From Deltaproteobacteria bacterium (GTDB taxonomy: Bacteria; Desulfobacterota_D; UBA1144; Nemesobacterales; Nemesobacteraceae), in contig JAJCZR010000011.1 of assembly GCA_029262295.1 (NCBI GenBank), positions 802 through 64,801 of the forward strand: a DNA stretch of 64,000 nt, read 5' to 3'. Both the position numbers and the translations under genes were made by a program. Of this stretch, positions 1 through 8,517 are shown one piece after another (position 1 is the first letter of the stretch; every line of letters starts with the position of its first letter). The notes under the pieces were generated by a model, which had not been told where the DNA came from, ran no database searches, and saw nothing but the letters and a program-made list of their open reading frames with translations.

Positions 1-53
1 TTTAATATTATGAGTATTTAGGAACATTCAAATGAGGTAAGATACTAGCACAA

Positions 54-392
54 CTATTGGTCTTCATCAAAAAAGCCTTCCAGGTCTTCAAATAAGTTTG
101 TGGAAAATTCAACCCATTCTTCCCACTCGGCCATATAGTCTTTTGACTCATCAACCTTTTTCCTGACAATTATTCCTCTGTTTGTATTTTCAACAAGAAA
201 AAAGCCAAGATTCTGTAACTTGCTTTCTAAAATAGTTGAATATCTATGAAGAATATCAACCACTTTTTTTTCTGAATCCCTTATCTCGGCAAGAAAGTAC
301 CCATTGGTTTTAGATGAAGGCATATCCATTGTCATATGTTTAAACATTGTTGGGTTTATATCCTCCGCCTTCATTGAAATAAAAAGTTCCAT
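54..392 (-). CDS. Hypothetical protein, 112 aa
   Basis: ATG start and natural amino-acid composition; divergent from the SDR gene; no family recognised. Confidence 0.6.
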   Translation of the reverse strand: MELFISMKAEDINPTMFKHMTMDMPSSKTNGYFLAEIRDSEKKVVDILHRYSTILESKLQNLGFFLVENTNRGIIVRKKVDESKDYMAEWEEWVEFSTNLFEDLEGFFDEDQ

Positions 393-508
393 AGTTAGTT
401 TACTTTGAGTGATATTTTATGACATTTTTTGAAATAATAGTCAAATCATATGTTGCAATATAAATAAAGGGAACTAATATTAGATAATAGGTTTTTATAG
501 GAGTTATT

Positions 509-1222
509 ATGACTAGTTTAGAGGGGAAAACAGCAATTATTACGGGCGGGACTGGTGGGCTCGGAAAAGATGTTGTAAAACTGTTTCTGGAAAAAAATTG
601 CAACGTAATTTCTACTTACATAATAGATGATGAAATAGATAAATTTGTTTATCTAAGAGAACAGTATAAATCAAAGGTAATATTTGCCAAAGCTGATGTA
701 ACTAATGAAAATCAGATAAATAAGCTCGTATCAAAAGCTAAAGAGATTTACGGGAAGATCGATATATTAATAAACCTGGTTGGCGGATTCACAAAGGCGA
801 ACATTTATAAAACAGATATTGAAAGCTTTGATGAAATGATCAATATAAACCTTAAAAGCTGTTTTGTTTGTACAAAACAGATACTGCCCCATTTCATTGA
901 AAATAATAGTGGAAAAATAGTAAATATTGCAGCAAAACCAGCTGTAAAGAGCTATTCAGGAGTTGGGGCTTATGGTGCATCAAAAGCAGGTGTTGTTGCC
1001 CTCACAGAAACAGTTGCTGATGAAGTAAAGGATTATGATATAAATGTAAATGCAATCATTCCTGGCACAATTGACACAGCTCAAAACAGGATTGATATGA
1101 AGGATGCTGATTTTACCAAATGGGTAAAACCGGAAGAACTTGCTAAAGTTATTCTATTTCTTGTGACCGAAGATTCGAAGTCGATTAGTGGTGCTGTGAT
1201 TCCTGCCCTTGGGAAATCTTAG
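509..1222 (+). CDS. Short-chain dehydrogenase/reductase (SDR)
   Basis: TGGTGGLG Rossmann motif, catalytic YGASK (YxxxK), NAIIPG motif; GGAG SD upstream. Confidence 0.92.
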   Translation: MTSLEGKTAIITGGTGGLGKDVVKLFLEKNCNVISTYIIDDEIDKFVYLREQYKSKVIFAKADVTNENQINKLVSKAKEIYGKIDILINLVGGFTKANIYKTDIESFDEMININLKSCFVCTKQILPHFIENNSGKIVNIAAKPAVKSYSGVGAYGASKAGVVALTETVADEVKDYDINVNAIIPGTIDTAQNRIDMKDADFTKWVKPEELAKVILFLVTEDSKSISGAVIPALGKS

Positions 1223-1226
1223 AATC

Positions 1227-2753
1227 CTATAAGCTCTCTTTTAAAGAATTAAGCTCAATATCATCTTTATCTTCAAAGACTTTATCAAGAACATATTTTC
1301 CAAATTCAGAAGCAACTTTAATATCATTTTTTCTAATTTGCACATTATTCAGATACTGCATCCGCAGCACATCACCATTTCTTAATTCAGGGATAATTCC
1401 ACCAATAAAAAACCCAGATTCTCTAAGTTTGGAAATAATCTGAGATGCATGTTGGTCAAATATAGGAAGATCAACGTATATACAATCCATTCTGAGTGTG
1501 CACATTTGTCTTAAAACAAAGTTTATTTCTACTAAAGTATCCCTTCCATATTCCTCTATAATTACAAAAACCTGACCATAATCTTTTCTCATTACTATTT
1601 CACTTTTTCCAAGATTATTTTCGGATTCACTTATAGGCAGATTACTTGTCTCAATATCCCGTTTAAATTCAAGTTGTTCGTATATTCTTGAAGCAACTTC
1701 ATGATATATTAAAGGAAGGAAAACACTTTTTTTCTTGTTGTAAAGTACAGTGGTGTACATTAAAGCTATTGATTGCCTTCTTGAATCAGCTTTAACTTCA
1801 ATATCTTTTACTGTAATTTCTCCCGGTGTATATCCAAAGAGAAAACCTACTTCTTTTGCCCCAAATTTGGCAACACCCTTTTGCGTGAAAGGATGAATTG
1901 TTACTGCTTCTCCATAAATACCAATAATCTTATTTTCACGGGCATAGTTTTGAAGAAACTCCCTCATCTTCTTGAAAACGCCCTGGCCACGGTAACGTGT
2001 ATCAACAATAGCAATACCACTTTCGCAAACCCTGGACTGTTGTGTTTCAAAGGTTAATCCGAGATGTCCAATAATTTCACCATTGGTTGTAGATGTAACA
2101 CAAGAAATCAAAAGCCCTGATTTAATCCTTGCCTCTATACGCTCTGGATAATACATAAATTCACTTGGGTAACTGTGCCCATAGCTTCTGTAAACAACCT
2201 TCACAAGCTCTTTTATGTCATCAAATTCCAATAACCTTACATCTAATCTCTCATTTGTATCAATTACTTCACTTTCAGGGGATTTATTCTCATCAGATAT
2301 CTCAGAACTATTTCGAATATCACTTGCCGGTAGAAATTTTCTTATTTCTATTCTGTTTCCATCAGGTCCAAGATTTTTGTAGTAAACCCTGTCTGCGTAT
2401 CCAAGTGCCATATATGTTTGAAACCTTTTGTCATTACCCTCTTCAATGCTATCAAATTGAAACGGAATCCCTTTGTCTTCCACAGCAATTACAAGCGAGT
2501 TAAACCTTCTTGCAGCAATTACATTTATATTCTGATCGTTACATCCTTCGTAACAGTCGTTAACTACTGTCTCTAAAATTTCATTTAAAACTTTTTCTAG
2601 CTTATGAGAATCATCACTTGAAACTCCAAGCGAGTTTGCAATATGTGAAACCATATTTATGGCAGTATCATAAAGACAAGGGTCAGACAGGATTGTAAGT
2701 TTAGCAATTACTACATCCTTTGCACTTGAATGAGAAATAGTCTGTGTAGACAT
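1227..2753 (-). CDS. RsbW-like GHKL (HATPase) domain fused to GNAT N-acetyltransferase domain(s)
   Basis: N-terminal ~140 aa have the anti-sigma-factor kinase layout (LNEILETVVND ... IAVEDKGIPF ... GNRIEIRK). Central GNAT acetyl-CoA motif A (VDTRYRGQGVF). Confidence 0.7.
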   Translation of the reverse strand: MSTQTISHSSAKDVVIAKLTILSDPCLYDTAINMVSHIANSLGVSSDDSHKLEKVLNEILETVVNDCYEGCNDQNINVIAARRFNSLVIAVEDKGIPFQFDSIEEGNDKRFQTYMALGYADRVYYKNLGPDGNRIEIRKFLPASDIRNSSEISDENKSPESEVIDTNERLDVRLLEFDDIKELVKVVYRSYGHSYPSEFMYYPERIEARIKSGLLISCVTSTTNGEIIGHLGLTFETQQSRVCESGIAIVDTRYRGQGVFKKMREFLQNYARENKIIGIYGEAVTIHPFTQKGVAKFGAKEVGFLFGYTPGEITVKDIEVKADSRRQSIALMYTTVLYNKKKSVFLPLIYHEVASRIYEQLEFKRDIETSNLPISESENNLGKSEIVMRKDYGQVFVIIEEYGRDTLVEINFVLRQMCTLRMDCIYVDLPIFDQHASQIISKLRESGFFIGGIIPELRNGDVLRMQYLNNVQIRKNDIKVASEFGKYVLDKVFEDKDDIELNSLKESL

Positions 2754-2771
2754 AGTAATAATAAATATATA

Positions 2772-4184
2772 TTACTTTTTCGGCTTATAGTAGCTTGTGC
2801 TACTTCCATATATTCCTTCAGCAGCTTCCATAAATGTTTCCGTAAGAGTGGGATGAGGATGAATTGATAGTGCAATATCTTTAGCAGTGGCCGCCATTTC
2901 AACAGCTAATACAGCCTCTGATATGAGCTCTCCAGCTCCGGGGCCGACAATTCCTACTCCTAAAACCCTTTTAGACTTTGAATCAACAATAAGTTTTGTA
3001 AGGCCATCGGTTCTATTTAAAGTCATAGCCCTTCCAGATGCAGCCCATGGGAATTTTGAGATTTCTATATCAATATCTTTTTCTTTCGCTTCAAGTTCTG
3101 TAAGACCACACCATGCGATCTCAGGATCAGTAAACATTACTGCCGGAATGGCCGCAGGTTCATAAGCTGATTTTTCTCCAGCTATTACTTCTGCCACAAC
3201 AATTCCTTCATGTGTGGCCTTATGTGCAAGCATTGGATCGCCTGCAACATCTCCTATTGCATATATGTTTTTTTCAGAAGTTCTTCTAAATTCATCAACA
3301 ACTATAAAACCTCTGTCATTCACTTTCACATTTGTATTTTCAATCTTAATTGTATCAGTAACAGGTTTTCTTCCAATTGAGACTAAAACCTTATCAAACT
3401 CTTTTTCTATAGCCCCATCTTTGCCTTCAAGTGATACTTTAACTTTATCACCCAAGTCTTCTACAGAATTGACTTTCGTTTCAAGCAAGATTTCTTTAAA
3501 CTCTTTTTTGAGCTTTTTGTGTAGTACATTCACAAGATCTTTATCTGCACCCTGAACAAGATTTGGGAGCATCTCAACCACTGTTATATCTGTTCCCAAT
3601 GCAGAATAAACAGTACCAAGTTCAAGGCCTATATAACCTCCGCCAATAATAAGCATATTTTTTGGAATTTCACCGAGGCTAAGTGCAGTTTTTGAACTGA
3701 GAACATTTTTGGAGAACTCTACATTTGGGATAGCGCTTGGAACTGAACCTGTGGCAATTACAGCATTTTCAAACTCAAGTTCAATTTCCTCATCATCCGC
3801 AGTTTTAACTATTAAAGCATTACTTGAGTTAAAAGTTGCATAACCTTGAATATACTCAATTTTTCTTGATTTAGTTAAAGTTTTAAGCCCGCCTGTAAGT
3901 TTAGTCACAACATCTTCTTTCCAGGAAAAAAGCTTTTCGACATCTATCTTCGGTTTTTTGTATTCAATTCCAAATGCTTTTGCATCTTCTGCCTCATGAA
4001 TAACTTTTGCAGCATGAAGAAGAGCTTTTGAGGGAATACATCCCCTATAAAGACAAACTCCGCCAGGATTAACCTCAGGATCAATCAAAACAACTTTTTT
4101 CCCTTTATCCGCAGCGTGAAAAGCTGCGGGATAACCTCCTGGCCCTGCTCCTATTACAGCAACTTCTGTAGACATCTTTTTCAT
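2772..4184 (-). CDS. lpdA: Dihydrolipoyl dehydrogenase (E3) of the PDH operon
   Basis: GAGPGG FAD motif, GGVCLYRGCIPSK redox disulfide, C-terminal HPHPTLTE. Confidence 0.97.
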   Translation of the reverse strand: MKKMSTEVAVIGAGPGGYPAAFHAADKGKKVVLIDPEVNPGGVCLYRGCIPSKALLHAAKVIHEAEDAKAFGIEYKKPKIDVEKLFSWKEDVVTKLTGGLKTLTKSRKIEYIQGYATFNSSNALIVKTADDEEIELEFENAVIATGSVPSAIPNVEFSKNVLSSKTALSLGEIPKNMLIIGGGYIGLELGTVYSALGTDITVVEMLPNLVQGADKDLVNVLHKKLKKEFKEILLETKVNSVEDLGDKVKVSLEGKDGAIEKEFDKVLVSIGRKPVTDTIKIENTNVKVNDRGFIVVDEFRRTSEKNIYAIGDVAGDPMLAHKATHEGIVVAEVIAGEKSAYEPAAIPAVMFTDPEIAWCGLTELEAKEKDIDIEISKFPWAASGRAMTLNRTDGLTKLIVDSKSKRVLGVGIVGPGAGELISEAVLAVEMAATAKDIALSIHPHPTLTETFMEAAEGIYGSSTSYYKPKK

Positions 4185-4187
4185 GTA

Positions 4188-5702
4188 TTATCCTTCTAAC
4201 ATAATATTGAATGGCTGTTCCATAGCTTCACAAAACCATCTTGCAAACCTCGCAGCTTCTGCCCCATCTATTATTCTGTGATCGTAGGATAGACAGATTG
4301 GCATCATAAGTCTTGGTTTAAAATCTTTGCCATCATATACAGGTTCAAATGATGATCGGGTAACGCCAAGTATTGCAACATCGGGCTGATTAATAATTGG
4401 TGTAAAATAAGTTCCGCCAATTCCTCCAACATTTGTTACTGAGAATGTACTTCCCTGAAGCTCATCCGCTTTAACTTTTTTATTTCTTGCCCTTTCAGAG
4501 AGATCGCCAAGTTCTATGGATATTTCAGTAATATTTTTTTCGTCAACATTCTTTATAACTGGCACTAAAAGCCCTCTTTCCGTGTCCACGGCCACACCAA
4601 TATTTATATAATTTTTATAAATTACTTTTTTGTTCTGCATATCAATACTGCTGTTAAATTTAGGAAATTTTTCAAGCGCAGATGCTACAATTTTAATAAT
4701 TATCGCAGTCATGGTAAGGTTGCCACCGGAGTTTTTAACCTTTTCCTTGTTCTGCTTTCTTATCTTCTCAAGCTCTGTAATATCTGCTTTATCACACTGT
4801 GTAACATGAGGGGCAATCCATGCCTTTGAAAGGTGTTTAGCTGTAAGCTTTCTTATATTAGACATATCCTCAGTAGTTACATCACCCCACTTTGAGAAAT
4901 CTGGAAGATCGCCATAATTCACAGTCGCACCTGGTGAACTTCCGCTTAGTATGGCTTTTGCATGGCTTTTTACATCTTCTTCAAGTATTCTGCCGCTAGG
5001 TCCTGAGCCAGAGACAGAATTTATATCCACACCTATTTCCCTCGCAAGGCGCCTTACAGATGGAGGAGCTGGCACAGGAACTAAATCATCATCTTCTTCA
5101 TCAATATTACTCTCATTACTATCTTCTTTTTTAGATGCTTCTGAAGGTGCATCTGCCTTTTCATCTTTATCTTTTGATTCTTTCTTTTGATTTTTTGATT
5201 TTTTTTCTTCCTTGTTTTCTTCTACAGAATCATCAGGTTTTTCTTTTTTATCTTTTTTCTCATCAACTTCATCAGAATTGTTATCTTTATCCTCTTTATC
5301 ATCAGCTTTATCAGAACTTTTATCTTTAGCCTCTTTTTTATCTTCTGAGTCATCTTCTTTTTTTGTCGTTGAATCTTTGCTTTCTTCTTTTGATTCTTCG
5401 GGCTCAGACTCTTTTTCTTTACTTTTATCTTTTTCTTGCGAACTTTCATCATCTCCACTATCAGATGATCCATCATCTATTTTCACAAGCACCTGACCAA
5501 TTTTGACTGTGTCTCCATTACTAACAAGCACTTCACTGATCTCACCATCAGCGGGAGAAGGAATCTCAAGTGCAGCCTTGTCTGTTTCCAGTTCCAGCAA
5601 TGATTGTTCTTTCTTCACTTTGTCGCCGGGCGATACAAAAACATTAACTACACTTCCTTCTTCAATATCCTCTCCAATTTCAGGCAATTTAAATTCAATC
5701 AT
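4188..5702 (-). CDS. aceF: Pyruvate dehydrogenase E2 acetyltransferase with a single lipoyl domain
   Basis: Lipoyl motif ETDKA, subunit-binding domain PSVRRLAREIGV...GSGPSGRI, catalytic DHRIIDG. Confidence 0.95.
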   Translation of the reverse strand: MIEFKLPEIGEDIEEGSVVNVFVSPGDKVKKEQSLLELETDKAALEIPSPADGEISEVLVSNGDTVKIGQVLVKIDDGSSDSGDDESSQEKDKSKEKESEPEESKEESKDSTTKKEDDSEDKKEAKDKSSDKADDKEDKDNNSDEVDEKKDKKEKPDDSVEENKEEKKSKNQKKESKDKDEKADAPSEASKKEDSNESNIDEEDDDLVPVPAPPSVRRLAREIGVDINSVSGSGPSGRILEEDVKSHAKAILSGSSPGATVNYGDLPDFSKWGDVTTEDMSNIRKLTAKHLSKAWIAPHVTQCDKADITELEKIRKQNKEKVKNSGGNLTMTAIIIKIVASALEKFPKFNSSIDMQNKKVIYKNYINIGVAVDTERGLLVPVIKNVDEKNITEISIELGDLSERARNKKVKADELQGSTFSVTNVGGIGGTYFTPIINQPDVAILGVTRSSFEPVYDGKDFKPRLMMPICLSYDHRIIDGAEAARFARWFCEAMEQPFNIMLEG

Positions 5703-5714
5703 TTTAATTCTCCA

Positions 5715-8399
5715 CTAAGTAAAAATAGGATTTGTTTTTTTAGGATTAATACCTAAATCTTTTACTGCTTTAGTTACAACTTTGTTATCAACAAGGTCTT
5801 CCTTATTAAGTTCATAAAGTGTAGTTAAGACAATATATCTGTAGTCAACTTCAAAAAAATCACGAAGGGCCTCACGAGTGTCACTTCTGCCAAAACCATC
5901 GGTACCAAGAGATACAAGCGGTCTGGGAAACCAGTTGGAAATTGAATCAGGAAGTGATTTAAGATAATCAGTAGAAGCTACAAAGACTCCATTTTCATTC
6001 TTGAGGCATTCTTGAATATAGCAATTTTTTTGCTTTTTATCGGGGTTCATACGATTCCACCTTTCAATATCATGGGCGTCCAGATAAAGCTCTTTATAAC
6101 TTGTAATACTCCACACATCAGAAGAAACTTTGTAGTCACCCTCAAGGACTTCCTGTGCCTTTAGTACTTCATTAATAAGCGCTCCACTTCCAAACAAATG
6201 CGCCTTTACTTTTGAGTCTTTCATTTCAGACTTCTTAAAACGGTACATACCTTTTATTATTCCTTCTTCCACACCCTCTGGTATTGGAGGTTGAAGATAC
6301 TGTTCATTCATCACAGTTATATAATAAAAAATATCTTCCTGGTCTTGATACATCCTTTTTATTCCATCTCGAAAAATAACGGCTATTTCATAGGCAAATG
6401 CCGGGTCGTAGGCTTTTAAATTTGGATATGCATAAGCAAAGTGGTGGCTATTTCCGTCTTGATGTTGAAGCCCCTCACCTGCCAATGTTGTCCTTCCAGC
6501 AGTGCCGCCAATCATAAAACCTTTACATCTCATATCAGCTGCTGCCCACACAAGATCACCAATTCTTTGAAGTCCAAACATAGAGTAATAAATAAAGAAC
6601 GGAATAGTATTTATACCATGCGTGGCATAAGCTGTGCCAGCAGCAATGAAAGACGACATTGATCCGGCTTCAGTTATACCCTCTTCAAGTATTTGACCAT
6701 CTACAATTTCCTTATAAAAAAGGAAAGTATCTGCATCTACGGGTTCATATAATTGGCCTACGTGAGAATATATACCCACTTGCCTGAAAAGTGATTCCAT
6801 CCCAAATGTCCTTGCCTCGTCGGGTACAATTGGAACAATGAGATCACCGATATTCTCATCACGAAGAAGTTTTGAAAGTAGTCTCACAATTGCCATTGTT
6901 GTAGCAGTTGTTCTGTCACCAGAACCTTTTAAAAATTCATCAAATAGCTCATAAGGGATATTTTCAAGTGGTTTAGCTGTAACTTTTCTTTCTGGAAGGT
7001 AACCCCCCAGTTTTTTTCTTTTTTCATGTAAATATTTCATCTCAGGAGTATCATCAGATGGTTTATAGAAAGGTGCTTTTACTACTTCTTCTTCTGATAT
7101 TGGGATATAAAACCTTGCCCTGAAATTTTTTAATTCCTGTTCGTTAAGTTTTTTTTGCTGATGTGTAATGTTTTTCCCTTCACCACTTTCACCAAGGCCA
7201 TAGCCTTTTATAGTTTTTGCAAGAATAACAGTTGGTGCACCTTTATGTTCTACCGCAGCTTTATAAGCAGCATAAACCTTTTCAGAATCATGGCCCCCTC
7301 TTCCGAGTTTCTCAAGCTGAATATCTGAATAATTTTTTACCAGTTCTTTAAGTTCAGGATGGGTACCAAAAAAGTGATTTCTTATATATTCTCCTTTAGA
7401 GACAACATACTTTTGATAATCACCATCAACAGCTTCTTCCATTCGCTCCACAAGAAATCCGTTTTCATCTTTAGCAAGAAGTGGGTCCCAGTCGGAACCC
7501 CAAACAAGTTTTATAACATTCCAGCCAGCTCCCTTAAAGTTTCTCTCAAGTTCCTGAATTATTTTTCCATTTCCCCTTACAGGACCGTCTAAACGTTGAA
7601 GGTTGCAGTTAATAACAAATATGAGATTATCGAGCTGTTCCCTTGATGCAAGGGAAATTGCCCCAAGGGATTCAGGCTCATCAGTTTCACCATCTCCAAG
7701 AAATGCCCAAACTTTACTATTAGATTCTTTTTTTAAACCCCTGTCTTCGAGATACCTGTTAAATCGGGCCTGATAAATCGCCATTATTGGCCCAAGCCCC
7801 ATTGAAACTGTTGGAAACTCCCAAAAATCAGGCATAAGCCAGGGATGAGGGTAAGAAGATAGTCCTTTATCTGTGTATATTTCCCTTCTAAAGTTCTCAA
7901 GCTGTTCTAAAGACAATTTTCCTTCAAGATAAGCCCTTGCATATATCCCTGGTGCTGCATGGCCTTGAAAGTAAATGATATCACCTTGCTGCTTCTCATT
8001 TTTAGCCTTAAAAAAGTGGTTAAAACCTATTTCATAGAGTGTTGCTGAAGAAGCATAAGATGAGATATGTCCACCAATACCGTCTTCAAGCTTATTAGCA
8101 TGCACCACCATAGCCATTGCATTCCATCTTATTATGCTTCTTATTGTCCGTTCAATTTCATAGTTGCCAGGATAAAGTGGCTGTGCATCTCTGTGGATAG
8201 TGTTTATATATGGAGTATTTGCGGTGTATGGAAGAGTTACACCTTTTTCGTGTGCATAAATCTGAAGTTTTTTAAGAAGATATTTTACCCTTTCAGGTCC
8301 TGATTCTTCTAAAACATATTCAAGTGATTCAATCCACTCCTGTTCTTCAATGTCTTCAGTTGATTCAATATTTCTTTCTTTAGCCATAGTATTTTCCAA
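5715..8399 (-). CDS. aceE: Pyruvate dehydrogenase E1, homodimeric AceE type
   Basis: 894 aa; IRWNAMAMV, GGHISS, TPP motif GDGETDEPES, GTDGFGRSDTR. Confidence 0.97.
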   Translation of the reverse strand: MENTMAKERNIESTEDIEEQEWIESLEYVLEESGPERVKYLLKKLQIYAHEKGVTLPYTANTPYINTIHRDAQPLYPGNYEIERTIRSIIRWNAMAMVVHANKLEDGIGGHISSYASSATLYEIGFNHFFKAKNEKQQGDIIYFQGHAAPGIYARAYLEGKLSLEQLENFRREIYTDKGLSSYPHPWLMPDFWEFPTVSMGLGPIMAIYQARFNRYLEDRGLKKESNSKVWAFLGDGETDEPESLGAISLASREQLDNLIFVINCNLQRLDGPVRGNGKIIQELERNFKGAGWNVIKLVWGSDWDPLLAKDENGFLVERMEEAVDGDYQKYVVSKGEYIRNHFFGTHPELKELVKNYSDIQLEKLGRGGHDSEKVYAAYKAAVEHKGAPTVILAKTIKGYGLGESGEGKNITHQQKKLNEQELKNFRARFYIPISEEEVVKAPFYKPSDDTPEMKYLHEKRKKLGGYLPERKVTAKPLENIPYELFDEFLKGSGDRTTATTMAIVRLLSKLLRDENIGDLIVPIVPDEARTFGMESLFRQVGIYSHVGQLYEPVDADTFLFYKEIVDGQILEEGITEAGSMSSFIAAGTAYATHGINTIPFFIYYSMFGLQRIGDLVWAAADMRCKGFMIGGTAGRTTLAGEGLQHQDGNSHHFAYAYPNLKAYDPAFAYEIAVIFRDGIKRMYQDQEDIFYYITVMNEQYLQPPIPEGVEEGIIKGMYRFKKSEMKDSKVKAHLFGSGALINEVLKAQEVLEGDYKVSSDVWSITSYKELYLDAHDIERWNRMNPDKKQKNCYIQECLKNENGVFVASTDYLKSLPDSISNWFPRPLVSLGTDGFGRSDTREALRDFFEVDYRYIVLTTLYELNKEDLVDNKVVTKAVKDLGINPKKTNPIFT

Positions 8400-8472
8400 T
8401 AAATATTTTAATGAATGTTATTAATACTTATACACAAAGTATCTTTCTTTTAAAGAAATCTTTACCATATCT

Positions 8473-8508
8473 TAGTATATTGACCATAGTGCAATTGTTA
8501 ATATACTA
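8473..8508. promoter_or_regulatory. 12-bp inverted repeat forming overlapping divergent sigma70-like promoters for aceE and lpd2
   Basis: TAGTATATTGAC-N12-GTTAATATACTA (11/12 match). Plus strand TTGACC-N16-TATACT (8480-8507); minus strand TTAACA-N16-TATACT (8501-8474). Confidence 0.6.
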
Positions 8509-8517
8509 TACGCCACC

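Noticed and set aside
4951-5718. Ser/Leu/Phe-rich antisense ORFs over aceF
   Set aside because: They are mirror images of the low-complexity D/E/K linker codons, not independent genes.
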